From a virus (taxonomy: Duplodnaviria > Caudoviricetes), in the IMG/VR virus record IMGVR_UViG_3300027798_000205, positions 1-25,407 of that record: a DNA stretch of 25,407 nucleotides; one strand, given 5' to 3'. Positions 1 through 9,119 of this stretch are shown here, piece by piece. How positions within the stretch are numbered: position 1 is the first letter of the stretch; each line of letters starts with the position of its first letter. The notes under the pieces are model-generated. The model saw nothing but the letters and a program-made list of their open reading frames with translations. It searched no databases and was not told where the DNA came from. Made by a program: the position numbers and the translations under genes.

Positions 1-2893
1 AGCCATTCCAGAGGTCTCTGACATATCCCTGCTTCCACTGGTTGTTGCCTCTGGCCTCGATGACCTTAACATCAAGGGTGCGGGCCATAAACTGGTACTT
101 GCCGTCCTTGCCAATCTTGACATCAAAACCGAGGAGAGCAACCTCTCTGTTGGTGTAGGAAACATCCTTGCCAGTGAGTCGAGGCTGGTCGTTGCCAGCG
201 AGGTATTGCTGGGTATCGCCAAGATAACCGAATGTGATTAGAGGTCTACGGCCCTGCACATCAGCGAGACGCTGGAGTGTGAGAACCTTGTCACCCATTG
301 CACGGCTCATATGGCCTGTACGGACGAGGGTATCGATATCGTTAACATCAAGTCTGCCAGCGATGTTACCCTCGCCATCGAGTTGGCGGTTAGGGTTAGC
401 CGCAAGAAGAGCCTTGAACGCTTGCTGTCCAGCAAACTTTCTGGCCTGTGCAATAGCCTTGGTGTCCGTCTTTCCGTTTTCTCTCTTTAGAGCGTCCCAG
501 CCCTGTGTGTCGATGAGGGTGTCTCTGGTGTTCTTGTTGAGTGCGTTGAAATTGAATGCGTTAGACTTGTGGAGATTCTTGGAAGAATTCACGATGTCCT
601 GCATAATGTAATCAAGGGCAGGGATTCTGACTCGCTTGTCGCTGAACACGCCCTCCTTTACGAAACCCTTAGAGATGCCTTCAGAGAAATCAAACTGAGG
701 ATTATTCTTGTTAATCTTGCCGTGCCAGTAGTCCTTCCAAGCACTAGCACCTCTGTCGAGGACACCAGTAATGCCTTCAAACTTACCACCAAAGAACAGC
801 CAGTCTGGACGCTCACCAAGAATAAGGTGCTGGAAATAGTACGCACCAAACTCTTCAACCATATGCTCAAGGACGGGCTTGCTACCGTTGATAGCCTTGT
901 CGATGTGGGTCATATTACCCGTGTCCTTGTACTCCTTAAGGGCCGCATCAATGGCGGCTAGACGGGCAGGAACATCCTTGCCAGCATAGGTACGCTTGAT
1001 GTATTCCTTGAAGAAAGAAGAGGTGTCTGCGATGCCAACAGAAGGCCCCTGCGTCAACTTGCCAGTAGCATCACGGATTCCGAGAAGTTCTCCAGCGATG
1101 ACCTTGATGTACTTAGGAGCGAGGACAGACTTTCTGAGAACAAGGTGGAAGAGTTCGTGAGGGACTACCGTGCCCTTGGTCGAAATCTGTTCCGTGTTGA
1201 TATGCATTGTCACTCTGCCGTCCTTGGTTTCCATCACAAGACCGTTAGAGTTCTTGTACTCAAATAGGCTTGGCTGGTCTGGGATGTTCGGGTCTGTGAG
1301 GTGTCTGCCTGTGGCAGGGTCAAAGTTGTTATCCTTTAGGTACTTTTTGTGTTCTTTATCGTTTCTGAATTCAAAGTTTACATCTGGAATCAGCGTGTCG
1401 GCTGTGGAGATAATACCATCCATCAGCACCTCAGTGCCAGTCAGTTCACCGAACTTACGGAGCAGAGAGTAGTTCTGGAACTCCTTCATATTGCCGAGTT
1501 GCAGATGGCCTTCACGAACATACTTAGACTGGATTGCCAGTCTTTCAGCAGTCGTGCCACCCTTCAAAGTGGCAAAGGCACGGCCCTGCACAGCACCCAC
1601 GCCACCGAGAGCCATACCAGCACCGATGCCGTGACCGAGACCTTCAGCCCTATCTGTTGCATAGCCGAGAACGCCACCGACAGCCGCACCGCTGGCAACA
1701 CCGCCAGCCACATCGGTAGCAATCGTGACGAGAGGGTCGAATGCGTTTACAATTCTGAGGAGACTCTGGGCCTGTGGAGTGAGGATAGCCTTATCCGCTT
1801 CAAGGGCCGCTTTAGCATACGAGAGGATGCCTCTCTTGCCCTTCATAACCTGTCCACCGATGGCTGACAGGGCCTCACCTACACCAGCGGCACTGGTACC
1901 AGCGAGGTACACACCGCTTACATCAGCCAACGCACCAGTGCTTATGCCAGCCAGATTAGCCGCAGTTGCACCCATAGCAGTTGTTCTGATAGCCGCATTT
2001 GCCTCAGCAACGCCAACGCCAGACACGGCCTCAAATCCTTTGGCCCCAGCATTGACACCGAAATCAATTACATTTCTTGTGGCTCCACCGACAAGTTCAA
2101 TTGGCTTTCCGATGGCGTACTTGAGGGTTCCACCAACAAGCATATGCTTAATGTGTTCCGCACGGGCGGCGGCGATGGCAAGGTGTTCTCCCATACCTGT
2201 GGCACGGAGACCAACACTGGCAACCTTACCAAACGGAATAATCCAAGACGGGTCGGCAATGAAAGACATCGCCTGTGTGATTTCGTGGTCGATGTATTCC
2301 TTGTTGACGAACATTGTCGTCTTGCCTGTCGCCAGTGACATAGAGCCTCTGTTGAACTCACGGGCCTTTAGGAACTGAGCATATCTAGCCTCTGGTGTGC
2401 CTCCACCAGTAAGCACATCCTTCATATTAAAGAAGATAGAGGACGGGTCTTGCGACTCAGCCGCCATACCGACCATACCTCTTGTTCCTTGTAGCAGGGC
2501 CTCGACTGCCGTTCCACCAGAAGTGTACAGTGCCTTGGATGGATGGTCTGCGGCAGACTGGATGGCCTTGCCGAACTGTTCCATAATGCCATCAGCACCC
2601 ATCATAATGTCATCCATCAGATGCCGTTCCTGTACACTCTTGTAAGATTCAAACTTAGCAAAGTCCTCAAACTTAATGTCAAAATCTGGGTCTCTCTTCA
2701 TCTTCTCAGCCAGTTCTTCCCCCGTAAGGGGGGCCTGTAGCCGCTTGAGTGCCTCTTCTCTGTCTTCCTCTGGGAGCGATGTTAGGTACTCATCCCACTT
2801 TTCATTGCCAGTAGACACCTCGCCAGCAACTGGGGTTTCCTCAGAATTAATGAGGTAGCCACCATCGGGATTCTTTTTAAATATGTCAGCCAT
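1..2893 (-). CDS. Giant internal virion/ejection protein (partial, >964 aa) with a zincin-like metallopeptidase motif
   Basis: Missing from the ORF track because it has no stop in the window. ATG at 2893 directly follows the TAA of the 1151-aa gene (MADIFKKNPDGGYLINSEE...). Spot-checked stretches are open to the edge (...KQGYVRDLWNG). Contains HELFH (1145-1159) and EEFGAY (839-856). Last and largest gene of the internal-protein block. Confidence 0.8.
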   Translation of the reverse strand, partial: MADIFKKNPDGGYLINSEETPVAGEVSTGNEKWDEYLTSLPEEDREEALKRLQAPLTGEELAEKMKRDPDFDIKFEDFAKFESYKSVQERHLMDDIMMGADGIMEQFGKAIQSAADHPSKALYTSGGTAVEALLQGTRGMVGMAAESQDPSSIFFNMKDVLTGGGTPEARYAQFLKAREFNRGSMSLATGKTTMFVNKEYIDHEITQAMSFIADPSWIIPFGKVASVGLRATGMGEHLAIAAARAEHIKHMLVGGTLKYAIGKPIELVGGATRNVIDFGVNAGAKGFEAVSGVGVAEANAAIRTTAMGATAANLAGISTGALADVSGVYLAGTSAAGVGEALSAIGGQVMKGKRGILSYAKAALEADKAILTPQAQSLLRIVNAFDPLVTIATDVAGGVASGAAVGGVLGYATDRAEGLGHGIGAGMALGGVGAVQGRAFATLKGGTTAERLAIQSKYVREGHLQLGNMKEFQNYSLLRKFGELTGTEVLMDGIISTADTLIPDVNFEFRNDKEHKKYLKDNNFDPATGRHLTDPNIPDQPSLFEYKNSNGLVMETKDGRVTMHINTEQISTKGTVVPHELFHLVLRKSVLAPKYIKVIAGELLGIRDATGKLTQGPSVGIADTSSFFKEYIKRTYAGKDVPARLAAIDAALKEYKDTGNMTHIDKAINGSKPVLEHMVEEFGAYYFQHLILGERPDWLFFGGKFEGITGVLDRGASAWKDYWHGKINKNNPQFDFSEGISKGFVKEGVFSDKRVRIPALDYIMQDIVNSSKNLHKSNAFNFNALNKNTRDTLIDTQGWDALKRENGKTDTKAIAQARKFAGQQAFKALLAANPNRQLDGEGNIAGRLDVNDIDTLVRTGHMSRAMGDKVLTLQRLADVQGRRPLITFGYLGDTQQYLAGNDQPRLTGKDVSYTNREVALLGFDVKIGKDGKYQFMARTLDVKVIEARGNNQWKQGYVRDLWNG

Positions 2894-5800
2894 TTATTTG
2901 GAAAGTCTGAGGTCACGCTCAATGTTATCATCATCCCTGTCAACGATTTTAATTCCGATATTATTGACACCAGAAATCAACTTCATCTTACGCTCAAGTT
3001 TCTCCTTTAGAACTCTGAGTTTAGCACGGTCAACCGCATCAAATCTGAAGATGGAGGTTGTATCTGGATTTGCATCGTTCAACATCTTCTGCTCCATTTC
3101 GGAGACGGTGCCTACACCGATGACTTCAATTCTCGTTGCCGCACGGAGTGTAGCCAAGTGAATCTTGGCCTCACCAATAAGGGTCGGACTGAGGGAGTGC
3201 CCGAACTGAGCAAGAATCTTATCAAGAGCCTTGATTGCACCTCTACCAGAGGACAGTTCAGAAATCTGCTCCTTGTACTTGGCGAGGGCCTCGTCTCCAC
3301 CAGAGAACAGGCCAGCAAGGTGGACACCAGTTCCTTCACCCAGTTCAACGGGGGCAAGGCTACCGTCAGCGGTTCTCTTACCAAACAGGCCGATGCTCTC
3401 CTTGCGGATGTCTTGGATAGACTGTTGCTTAGGCATCTCAACCTGCTTCCAGTGTGTGCCGTCATTGAACATAGGGCCGATAGCCGTCTGAACAATCTTA
3501 AGCGAGGACTCTGGTACGAGGGCTTTGTAGGCCGCATCAAATCCGCTAGGGATATATCCAGCACCAGAAGAGTCCTTGTACTTGCCCATCATATATGCTT
3601 GGAGACGCTTCTTCTTTTCTTCGGCTGTGACTGCTCTCTCTTCCGAAAGATAGCCCATACCAATCATACCGCTTCTTCCAGTTTTAGGCGTTAGTGTCTG
3701 TCCTTCAAATCCGCTAACTGCATTCTTAGGGTCAATTTCACCATCGGGTGTTCTGCCAATAATCTGGTCATATGTTCTGGCTGGCTGTGCGAAAACATTC
3801 TTGGCTTCCTGTCTAGCAGTTTCAGACTTTGATTGAAAATCTGCAATCTTAGTATTAAGATACTCAGCCATCTTAGTACGCTGTAGGGGCGTAATCTTGT
3901 CTGGGTCGATGCCGACACCGTAGTTTCTGATGCCACCAAGAGTATCCACCATCGTCACCATATCATTCTCGATGTTTGCTTCATCGTAAACATAGGTGGA
4001 CGGAGGATGCTCCCAGTCATCGGTGCCCATTATAGTGCCAACAAACTGGTCTGCAAGAAGCATACCAGCACTCAACTTCATACCGCTGGCTCTGGCCGCT
4101 GACTTAGCGGCAAGGATTTCTTCTTTAGCCCCAAGCGTTGCTGTCTTTAAAATCTTATCTTTAACGGCCTGTGGAATGTTTCCGTTGTATGCTTTAGCCG
4201 CCTTGTCAAGAAGAGGTTTATATCCCTTGCTGACAAGACTGGCAAAGCCTTGGGCACTAGCCATTGCTTTAACACCTTGAACGCCCTTAAGAACTTTAAC
4301 GACACCACCAACCGCAGTAACATACTGTGCGGCTGTTGCGGTAAATTCCATCGTGCCACCTGCGGCAGGGTTGGCCCGCTTCCATTTAGTCCAAGCGTTG
4401 GCATCTACAGACGGAGCATAACCAGAGGCGATGCTTTCTGGGCTTGTGATGTCATCTAGGACTCTCTGGGCGTACTCAGCCGCTTTAGCGTTAGCAGTAG
4501 AGAGACGGTCAGCCTTTGTATATCTAAGTCTTGTGTCCTCCTTGACAGCCATCTCCCTAATCTTTTCCATATTAGCCTTAGGGTCTGGCTTGGCTGGGGC
4601 AGGGGGAGGAAGTCCAGCGGGGGCTGGTTCAGAGGTAGACTCAGTTGATGCGTCATCCGATGGCGTACTACCTTCTGCTTCACTTCTTGTAATATTAGCA
4701 GTCTGGGTAAGAGGCTCAAGGGAATCTGGGTCTCTGTCAACGGCCTCATTAGCCGCCCGTGTCGGAGGAATTACGATTGTTTCGCCACCCTTAAAGTTGG
4801 GGTGATTGAGGTTAAATCCATTAGCCTTGGCTATACGCTTAATCGAAACTCCAGTCCTTTGAGAAATCGAAAACAGGTTCTCATTCTTTCTCACATTATA
4901 TGAACCGCCAGTCTCTGGAGGCTTTTCATAAGATACGGGCTTTCCAACATCGGCAGGAGTACCAGCCGCTTTAATCGCATCTGGTGTCGTGGCAACAGGT
5001 GCCTCAGCCTTGGCTGGAGGGTTGGCCTGTTGAGCCTTGAAGACATCACGAATATCAAGACCTTTATCGTCTGCCTCTCTTCTGAGTCTTCCAAAGAATT
5101 CATCCTTGGTAAGGCCAGACTTTTTGACGGCCTCAGCAAACTCTTGAGGAGAAATGTCTAGTGCCCGTGCCTCTCCATTTCCCATCAATTTGAATTCCTC
5201 TTCTCCAGTGGCTGGAGCAGGGGCGGTGGCTACTGGTGCGGGTGCCTCAACCTTGGCTGGGGCAACAACAGCAGGAGCAGGAGCAGGGGCCACAGGAGCC
5301 ACGGGAGTGACAACAGCGGGGGCTGGGCGAGGCTCGACAGTTGCGGGAACAACTGCGGCAGGAGCAGGAACAACTGCGGCAGGAGCAGGAGTAGGAACCA
5401 CGGTGGCAGGAATAACTGCGGCAGGGGTAGCCGCCGCCTTGACCGCTTCTGGGATAACTGCAACGGGAGCAGAAACCTTAGCAGGGGCAACAGGAGCAGG
5501 AGTTTTTGCAACGGCAGAGGGCTTGACCGTCTGACCAGTAGGAGTTTTGACAACGGCATCATAGCCACCCTCCCAAGTATCTGGGTCAAAGACATCAGTA
5601 AATCTATAGAACTCTTCTGCACCGCTTTCAAATCTTCTTTCCTGTTCAGCGTTGCTTGCGGCAAGACCGTCAAGTGCCCTCGCTTTTTGGTCTGGAGTCA
5701 TCTGCTTAGACTCATTAATTTCGGCTTCCTTAACTCTGTGCCAGTTCTTGTACATTGCCCTTCTATCAATAACGCCACCGTTGGCCTCTGCATCACGAAC

Positions 5801-6349
5801 GAACTTTTCAAGTTTGGTTCTGTTCTGGACGGCATTAAGGTTAATGTCCCAAGGCACCTGTCCAGACTCAATAGCAAGTGGGCTGGCTGTGGGTTCTTTA
5901 TCTGGAATTGCGGCAAGTCCAGAGGTGACATCACGGACAACCCTACGGCCCATAACAAATTCAGCCTCCCTCAGTCTGTCTGAGAAGCCGTTGTTATATG
6001 TCATCGCATCGTTGATGATGGCGAGTTTGGCAGGGTAACTCTTCTTGCTGGCATCCTTCAGCAGGTTCATCTTCTCTGTCAGTCCGTCAAGCACACCAGA
6101 AGAAACCAACTCTGGGTCTTGGCTCAAGACCTCAAGTCTGCTCTTCATAGAGGCACCGATATTAAAAATCTGCTGGTCGGCAGACTCGTTGTTTACCTTG
6201 CCCGTATAGTAATCGTTGACACCCTTTGTAAGGGCGTTACTGATGCTATTAATGCTGTTGGCAATATTGTCCGCATTTCTATTGCCATAGTTTTCGATTC
6301 CTTGGATTGGTTGAATCCCGCCCGTGTACTGACCAAAGTTTTTAGGCAT
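2894..6349 (-). CDS. Internal virion protein, 1151 aa, with LysM domain and Pro/Ala/Val-rich linker
   Basis: LysM-like YNVRKNENLFSISQRTGVSIKRIAKANGFNLNHPNFKGGETIVIP (about 4766-4900); sits between two other putative ejection proteins. Confidence 0.75.
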   Translation of the reverse strand: MPKNFGQYTGGIQPIQGIENYGNRNADNIANSINSISNALTKGVNDYYTGKVNNESADQQIFNIGASMKSRLEVLSQDPELVSSGVLDGLTEKMNLLKDASKKSYPAKLAIINDAMTYNNGFSDRLREAEFVMGRRVVRDVTSGLAAIPDKEPTASPLAIESGQVPWDINLNAVQNRTKLEKFVRDAEANGGVIDRRAMYKNWHRVKEAEINESKQMTPDQKARALDGLAASNAEQERRFESGAEEFYRFTDVFDPDTWEGGYDAVVKTPTGQTVKPSAVAKTPAPVAPAKVSAPVAVIPEAVKAAATPAAVIPATVVPTPAPAAVVPAPAAVVPATVEPRPAPAVVTPVAPVAPAPAPAVVAPAKVEAPAPVATAPAPATGEEEFKLMGNGEARALDISPQEFAEAVKKSGLTKDEFFGRLRREADDKGLDIRDVFKAQQANPPAKAEAPVATTPDAIKAAGTPADVGKPVSYEKPPETGGSYNVRKNENLFSISQRTGVSIKRIAKANGFNLNHPNFKGGETIVIPPTRAANEAVDRDPDSLEPLTQTANITRSEAEGSTPSDDASTESTSEPAPAGLPPPAPAKPDPKANMEKIREMAVKEDTRLRYTKADRLSTANAKAAEYAQRVLDDITSPESIASGYAPSVDANAWTKWKRANPAAGGTMEFTATAAQYVTAVGGVVKVLKGVQGVKAMASAQGFASLVSKGYKPLLDKAAKAYNGNIPQAVKDKILKTATLGAKEEILAAKSAARASGMKLSAGMLLADQFVGTIMGTDDWEHPPSTYVYDEANIENDMVTMVDTLGGIRNYGVGIDPDKITPLQRTKMAEYLNTKIADFQSKSETARQEAKNVFAQPARTYDQIIGRTPDGEIDPKNAVSGFEGQTLTPKTGRSGMIGMGYLSEERAVTAEEKKKRLQAYMMGKYKDSSGAGYIPSGFDAAYKALVPESSLKIVQTAIGPMFNDGTHWKQVEMPKQQSIQDIRKESIGLFGKRTADGSLAPVELGEGTGVHLAGLFSGGDEALAKYKEQISELSSGRGAIKALDKILAQFGHSLSPTLIGEAKIHLATLRAATRIEVIGVGTVSEMEQKMLNDANPDTTSIFRFDAVDRAKLRVLKEKLERKMKLISGVNNIGIKIVDRDDDNIERDLRLSK
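5210..5520 (-). repeat. Intragenic low-complexity repeat encoding APAAVVP-like units
   Basis: Exact 21-bp tandem GGAACAACTGCGGCAGGAGCA at 5346-5366 and 5367-5387, plus degenerate copies. Confidence 0.85.
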
Positions 6350-6354
6350 AAATA

Positions 6355-7446
6355 TTAGACAGTAATCTGGTTAGAATTATAGTTCAACTTGATGACCGTA
6401 TCCATACCAAGTTTAATAACTGCCTTGAGGAAGGGCTTGTCTTTAATGTATTCAGCGAACTGCTCGCCTTCTTCAATATACAGTTGATGAAACCACTTTG
6501 GAGCAGATGTCTCAAGCCACTCACGGAAGAGAAGCCACTTAGGATTTTCTTTTCCATAGACCTCTCTGGCAACCCAGCATTTAGCCGCTTCTCCGTATGC
6601 TTTAGCGGCAGCAAGGGACGCACCGCCAGTAATCATAGCACCACCAACCGTGGCAATGCCACCGATTATGCTACCAGTCATAGCGTTGCTGGCCTGTTGA
6701 TTAGCCATCTTAACAGACATAGCCTCTTGGCGATTAGCACCAATAAGGGCCGCATTGTACTGGGATTCTGGCTGGAAGATTTGGGCACCAAGGCCCTGCG
6801 ACATTCCGTAGGCAGAGCCGTACATACTGGCAGGGGAATAGGCCGCAGACTGTTGAATCATCTGATTGCCGTAAAGCCCCATAGCCTGTCCAAATGTGTT
6901 TTGGGCACCACCGTACATCTGACCAGCAAACTGTCTAGCCCTATCCTCACGCATCTGACCCATCTGGTACCCGCCAAGAACCTCAGCCGCAATGCCTTGA
7001 TTGCTGTTGGCAAGTCCTCTAGCGGACATTGCGTATCGGGCCGACTGCTGGGACTGTTTCTGCATCTCTGGCGTGAGTTCACGACCAGCCATAATGTCTG
7101 TCTGTGCCGACTGCATCATCGTATCATACAGGCTGTTTGCATCAGAGCCTAGACCCTGCCTGTAGGCACCCATAGCCTGTTCTCCCATCTGACCGTACAC
7201 AGGGGCCATTGCCGATGCGTAATCACTGCTAATCTTGGCAGACTGCGGGATGGCTTTCTGCATCGAGTCCATCTGGAACTGCATCTGTCTATCCATCATC
7301 TCCTGCTGGAGTTTCTGGTACAGAGGCTGGTACTGACGCTCTAGTTCAAGTAGTCTAGGCTGGATTGCTTCCTGTCCAGCCATAGTGTCAAGCATTTCCT
7401 GCTTGTAATCTCTAGGTGGTGGTGCAGATATTTTTTTGGCTCCCAT
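6355..7446 (-). CDS. Internal virion (pilot/ejection) protein with C-terminal CWVAREVYG domain
   Basis: MG...APPPRDY start, Gln/Met/Ala/Gly-rich helical body with ARGL..S motif, Gly-rich hydrophobic segment, then CWVAREVYG...LFREWL...KP.LK domain; follows the GNAT-like gene as in podoviruses. Confidence 0.7.
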   Translation of the reverse strand: MGAKKISAPPPRDYKQEMLDTMAGQEAIQPRLLELERQYQPLYQKLQQEMMDRQMQFQMDSMQKAIPQSAKISSDYASAMAPVYGQMGEQAMGAYRQGLGSDANSLYDTMMQSAQTDIMAGRELTPEMQKQSQQSARYAMSARGLANSNQGIAAEVLGGYQMGQMREDRARQFAGQMYGGAQNTFGQAMGLYGNQMIQQSAAYSPASMYGSAYGMSQGLGAQIFQPESQYNAALIGANRQEAMSVKMANQQASNAMTGSIIGGIATVGGAMITGGASLAAAKAYGEAAKCWVAREVYGKENPKWLLFREWLETSAPKWFHQLYIEEGEQFAEYIKDKPFLKAVIKLGMDTVIKLNYNSNQITV

Positions 7447-7450
7447 TGTA

Positions 7451-7876
7451 TTATATATTTAAAAGGTTAATGTAGTTGTTAGAAAGTTTCTTTATGTTAC
7501 CGAAACGCAAAGCCCACTTATCTTGGTTCTGCCAATTCGGATATCTTTCTTTAAGTTGGATTACAAGGCTTTTCTTTGCCTCTGGCGTTGTGGCGATGAA
7601 ATCCATAACACACAGGTCATTAGACTTTTCCCCAGAAACTGGTATAATGTCCTTAAAAGTCATCAAATCGTCAGCAGTCTGCTCCTGCCGTTTTGCAACA
7701 GGATACATAACGGCTACCCCAGTAAAACCACTTTCGTCCAATTCAACAAACAGGTACTGGAAGGTGTCTGCCCAGTGTATATAGACTTGCAGTTCATCGT
7801 CATCCCAAGCAAACGCCTCGCCACGACCCTTATCTCGGTTCGCTTTGATAAAGTTCGTAAGGTCAGCCAAGACCAT
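7451..7876 (-). CDS. Putative GNAT-fold virion assembly protein (T7 gp13-like position)
   Basis: 141 aa with a beta-hairpin FVELDESGFTGVAVMYP and LCVMDFIA; lies between tail and internal protein genes. Confidence 0.5.
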   Translation of the reverse strand: MVLADLTNFIKANRDKGRGEAFAWDDDELQVYIHWADTFQYLFVELDESGFTGVAVMYPVAKRQEQTADDLMTFKDIIPVSGEKSNDLCVMDFIATTPEAKKSLVIQLKERYPNWQNQDKWALRFGNIKKLSNNYINLLNI

Positions 7877-9117
7877 TAGGTGTAGATTTCTTGAGCGTGT
7901 CCAAGCGACATACCAACTTCGTGGTCAACTTGCCCCACGGCAACATTAACAGGTCTATTAAAAGACCAAGTGGCTGTTCTGTTGTTAGTGGCTCGCATAT
8001 GAACAGAATATGTACAGGAAACATCAAGCGTGTTGAAATCAATAATCTTAACAGTTACTGTGTTTGGGGTAGTTGCGTCATTGGCATCGTGACCGCAAGT
8101 TGTGACACCAGACCAAGTGTTGTTTTGAGCATCAACAGCATCTGGAAGAGCAACTGGAACGCCAGCACCAACACCAGAATTAGGGGTTCTTGTAACAAGA
8201 AATACCATATCTGAGGCTGAATTGTAACCCTCACCAAAAAGAGACCAGTTAAGAACAACTCTATTTCCTGCCTTCTGAGGCGTGAATGTTATATCTACAA
8301 GCGTAAGTTTTATGCCGTAAATGTTAGCAAGATTCTGAAGACCGCCCCAGCCAGAAGAATAAGTAGTTATTGCTCTAGTCTGAACAAAGTAATCAAGTCG
8401 TGGATTGATAGGGGTAGTCTTAAGTCTGGGAGCAAGATTAAATGTGGATTGTCCTGTCACTTCCTGTGTTCCTACAACGGTGCTATTGCCACGGATAAGA
8501 GAGGAGCCAACAATCGTGCTAGAGCCATTGACATACTCATTTTGACCAACAGAAATATTGCCTTGAATGACTTCAGAAGCCTTCTTGATGTAGGTACAGG
8601 TACCGCTTGCAATTGAAGCCGTAGGGAAAATGTTGTAAGTAAAAGCGTCTACAGTTGTAACAAGGATTCTGTATGTTCCACTGTATGCGGGTACGCTCGC
8701 AGTAACTACAACGACTTGATTAGAAACGAGTCCGTGAGCAACGGAAGTAACAGTAACAAGAATTCCGTCAGCAGTAGTAAATGTTTTGCCCGTGACATTC
8801 AGACCGTCAAAAGGGGTAACAATAACATCATTGTTTGTATTCCCATTAAGTATAGGGGTCGTGACAGAAGACCCTCTGATGGTGGTTGCAGTGACGGGAA
8901 GGGAGGAACCAAGGATGTCCGACATTTTGGCCTCCTTAAGGGTGCCACCATTGACTACAAGCAAACTATCAGTAGCCTGTAGGGTAAGGGCCGTTAGGTT
9001 AGGCTGGTCTGTGATAGCCCCAGCAACTAGGCTTGCAGAGTCTACAAGTTGGTTAAGACGACCACCAGTAACCTGTTGTCCGTCTACGAAAGTATCGCCT
9101 TTAGAAATTTGTGCCAT
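7876..9117 (-). CDS. Tail fibre / receptor-binding protein
   Basis: N-terminal G.TF.DGQQVT..RLNQLVD anchor; FCCH-like module VTVTSVAHGL...GTYRI...DAFTY; beta-rich C-terminal head (ITFTPQKAGNRVVLNW). Confidence 0.75.
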   Translation of the reverse strand: MAQISKGDTFVDGQQVTGGRLNQLVDSASLVAGAITDQPNLTALTLQATDSLLVVNGGTLKEAKMSDILGSSLPVTATTIRGSSVTTPILNGNTNNDVIVTPFDGLNVTGKTFTTADGILVTVTSVAHGLVSNQVVVVTASVPAYSGTYRILVTTVDAFTYNIFPTASIASGTCTYIKKASEVIQGNISVGQNEYVNGSSTIVGSSLIRGNSTVVGTQEVTGQSTFNLAPRLKTTPINPRLDYFVQTRAITTYSSGWGGLQNLANIYGIKLTLVDITFTPQKAGNRVVLNWSLFGEGYNSASDMVFLVTRTPNSGVGAGVPVALPDAVDAQNNTWSGVTTCGHDANDATTPNTVTVKIIDFNTLDVSCTYSVHMRATNNRTATWSFNRPVNVAVGQVDHEVGMSLGHAQEIYT

Positions 9118-9119
9118 AA

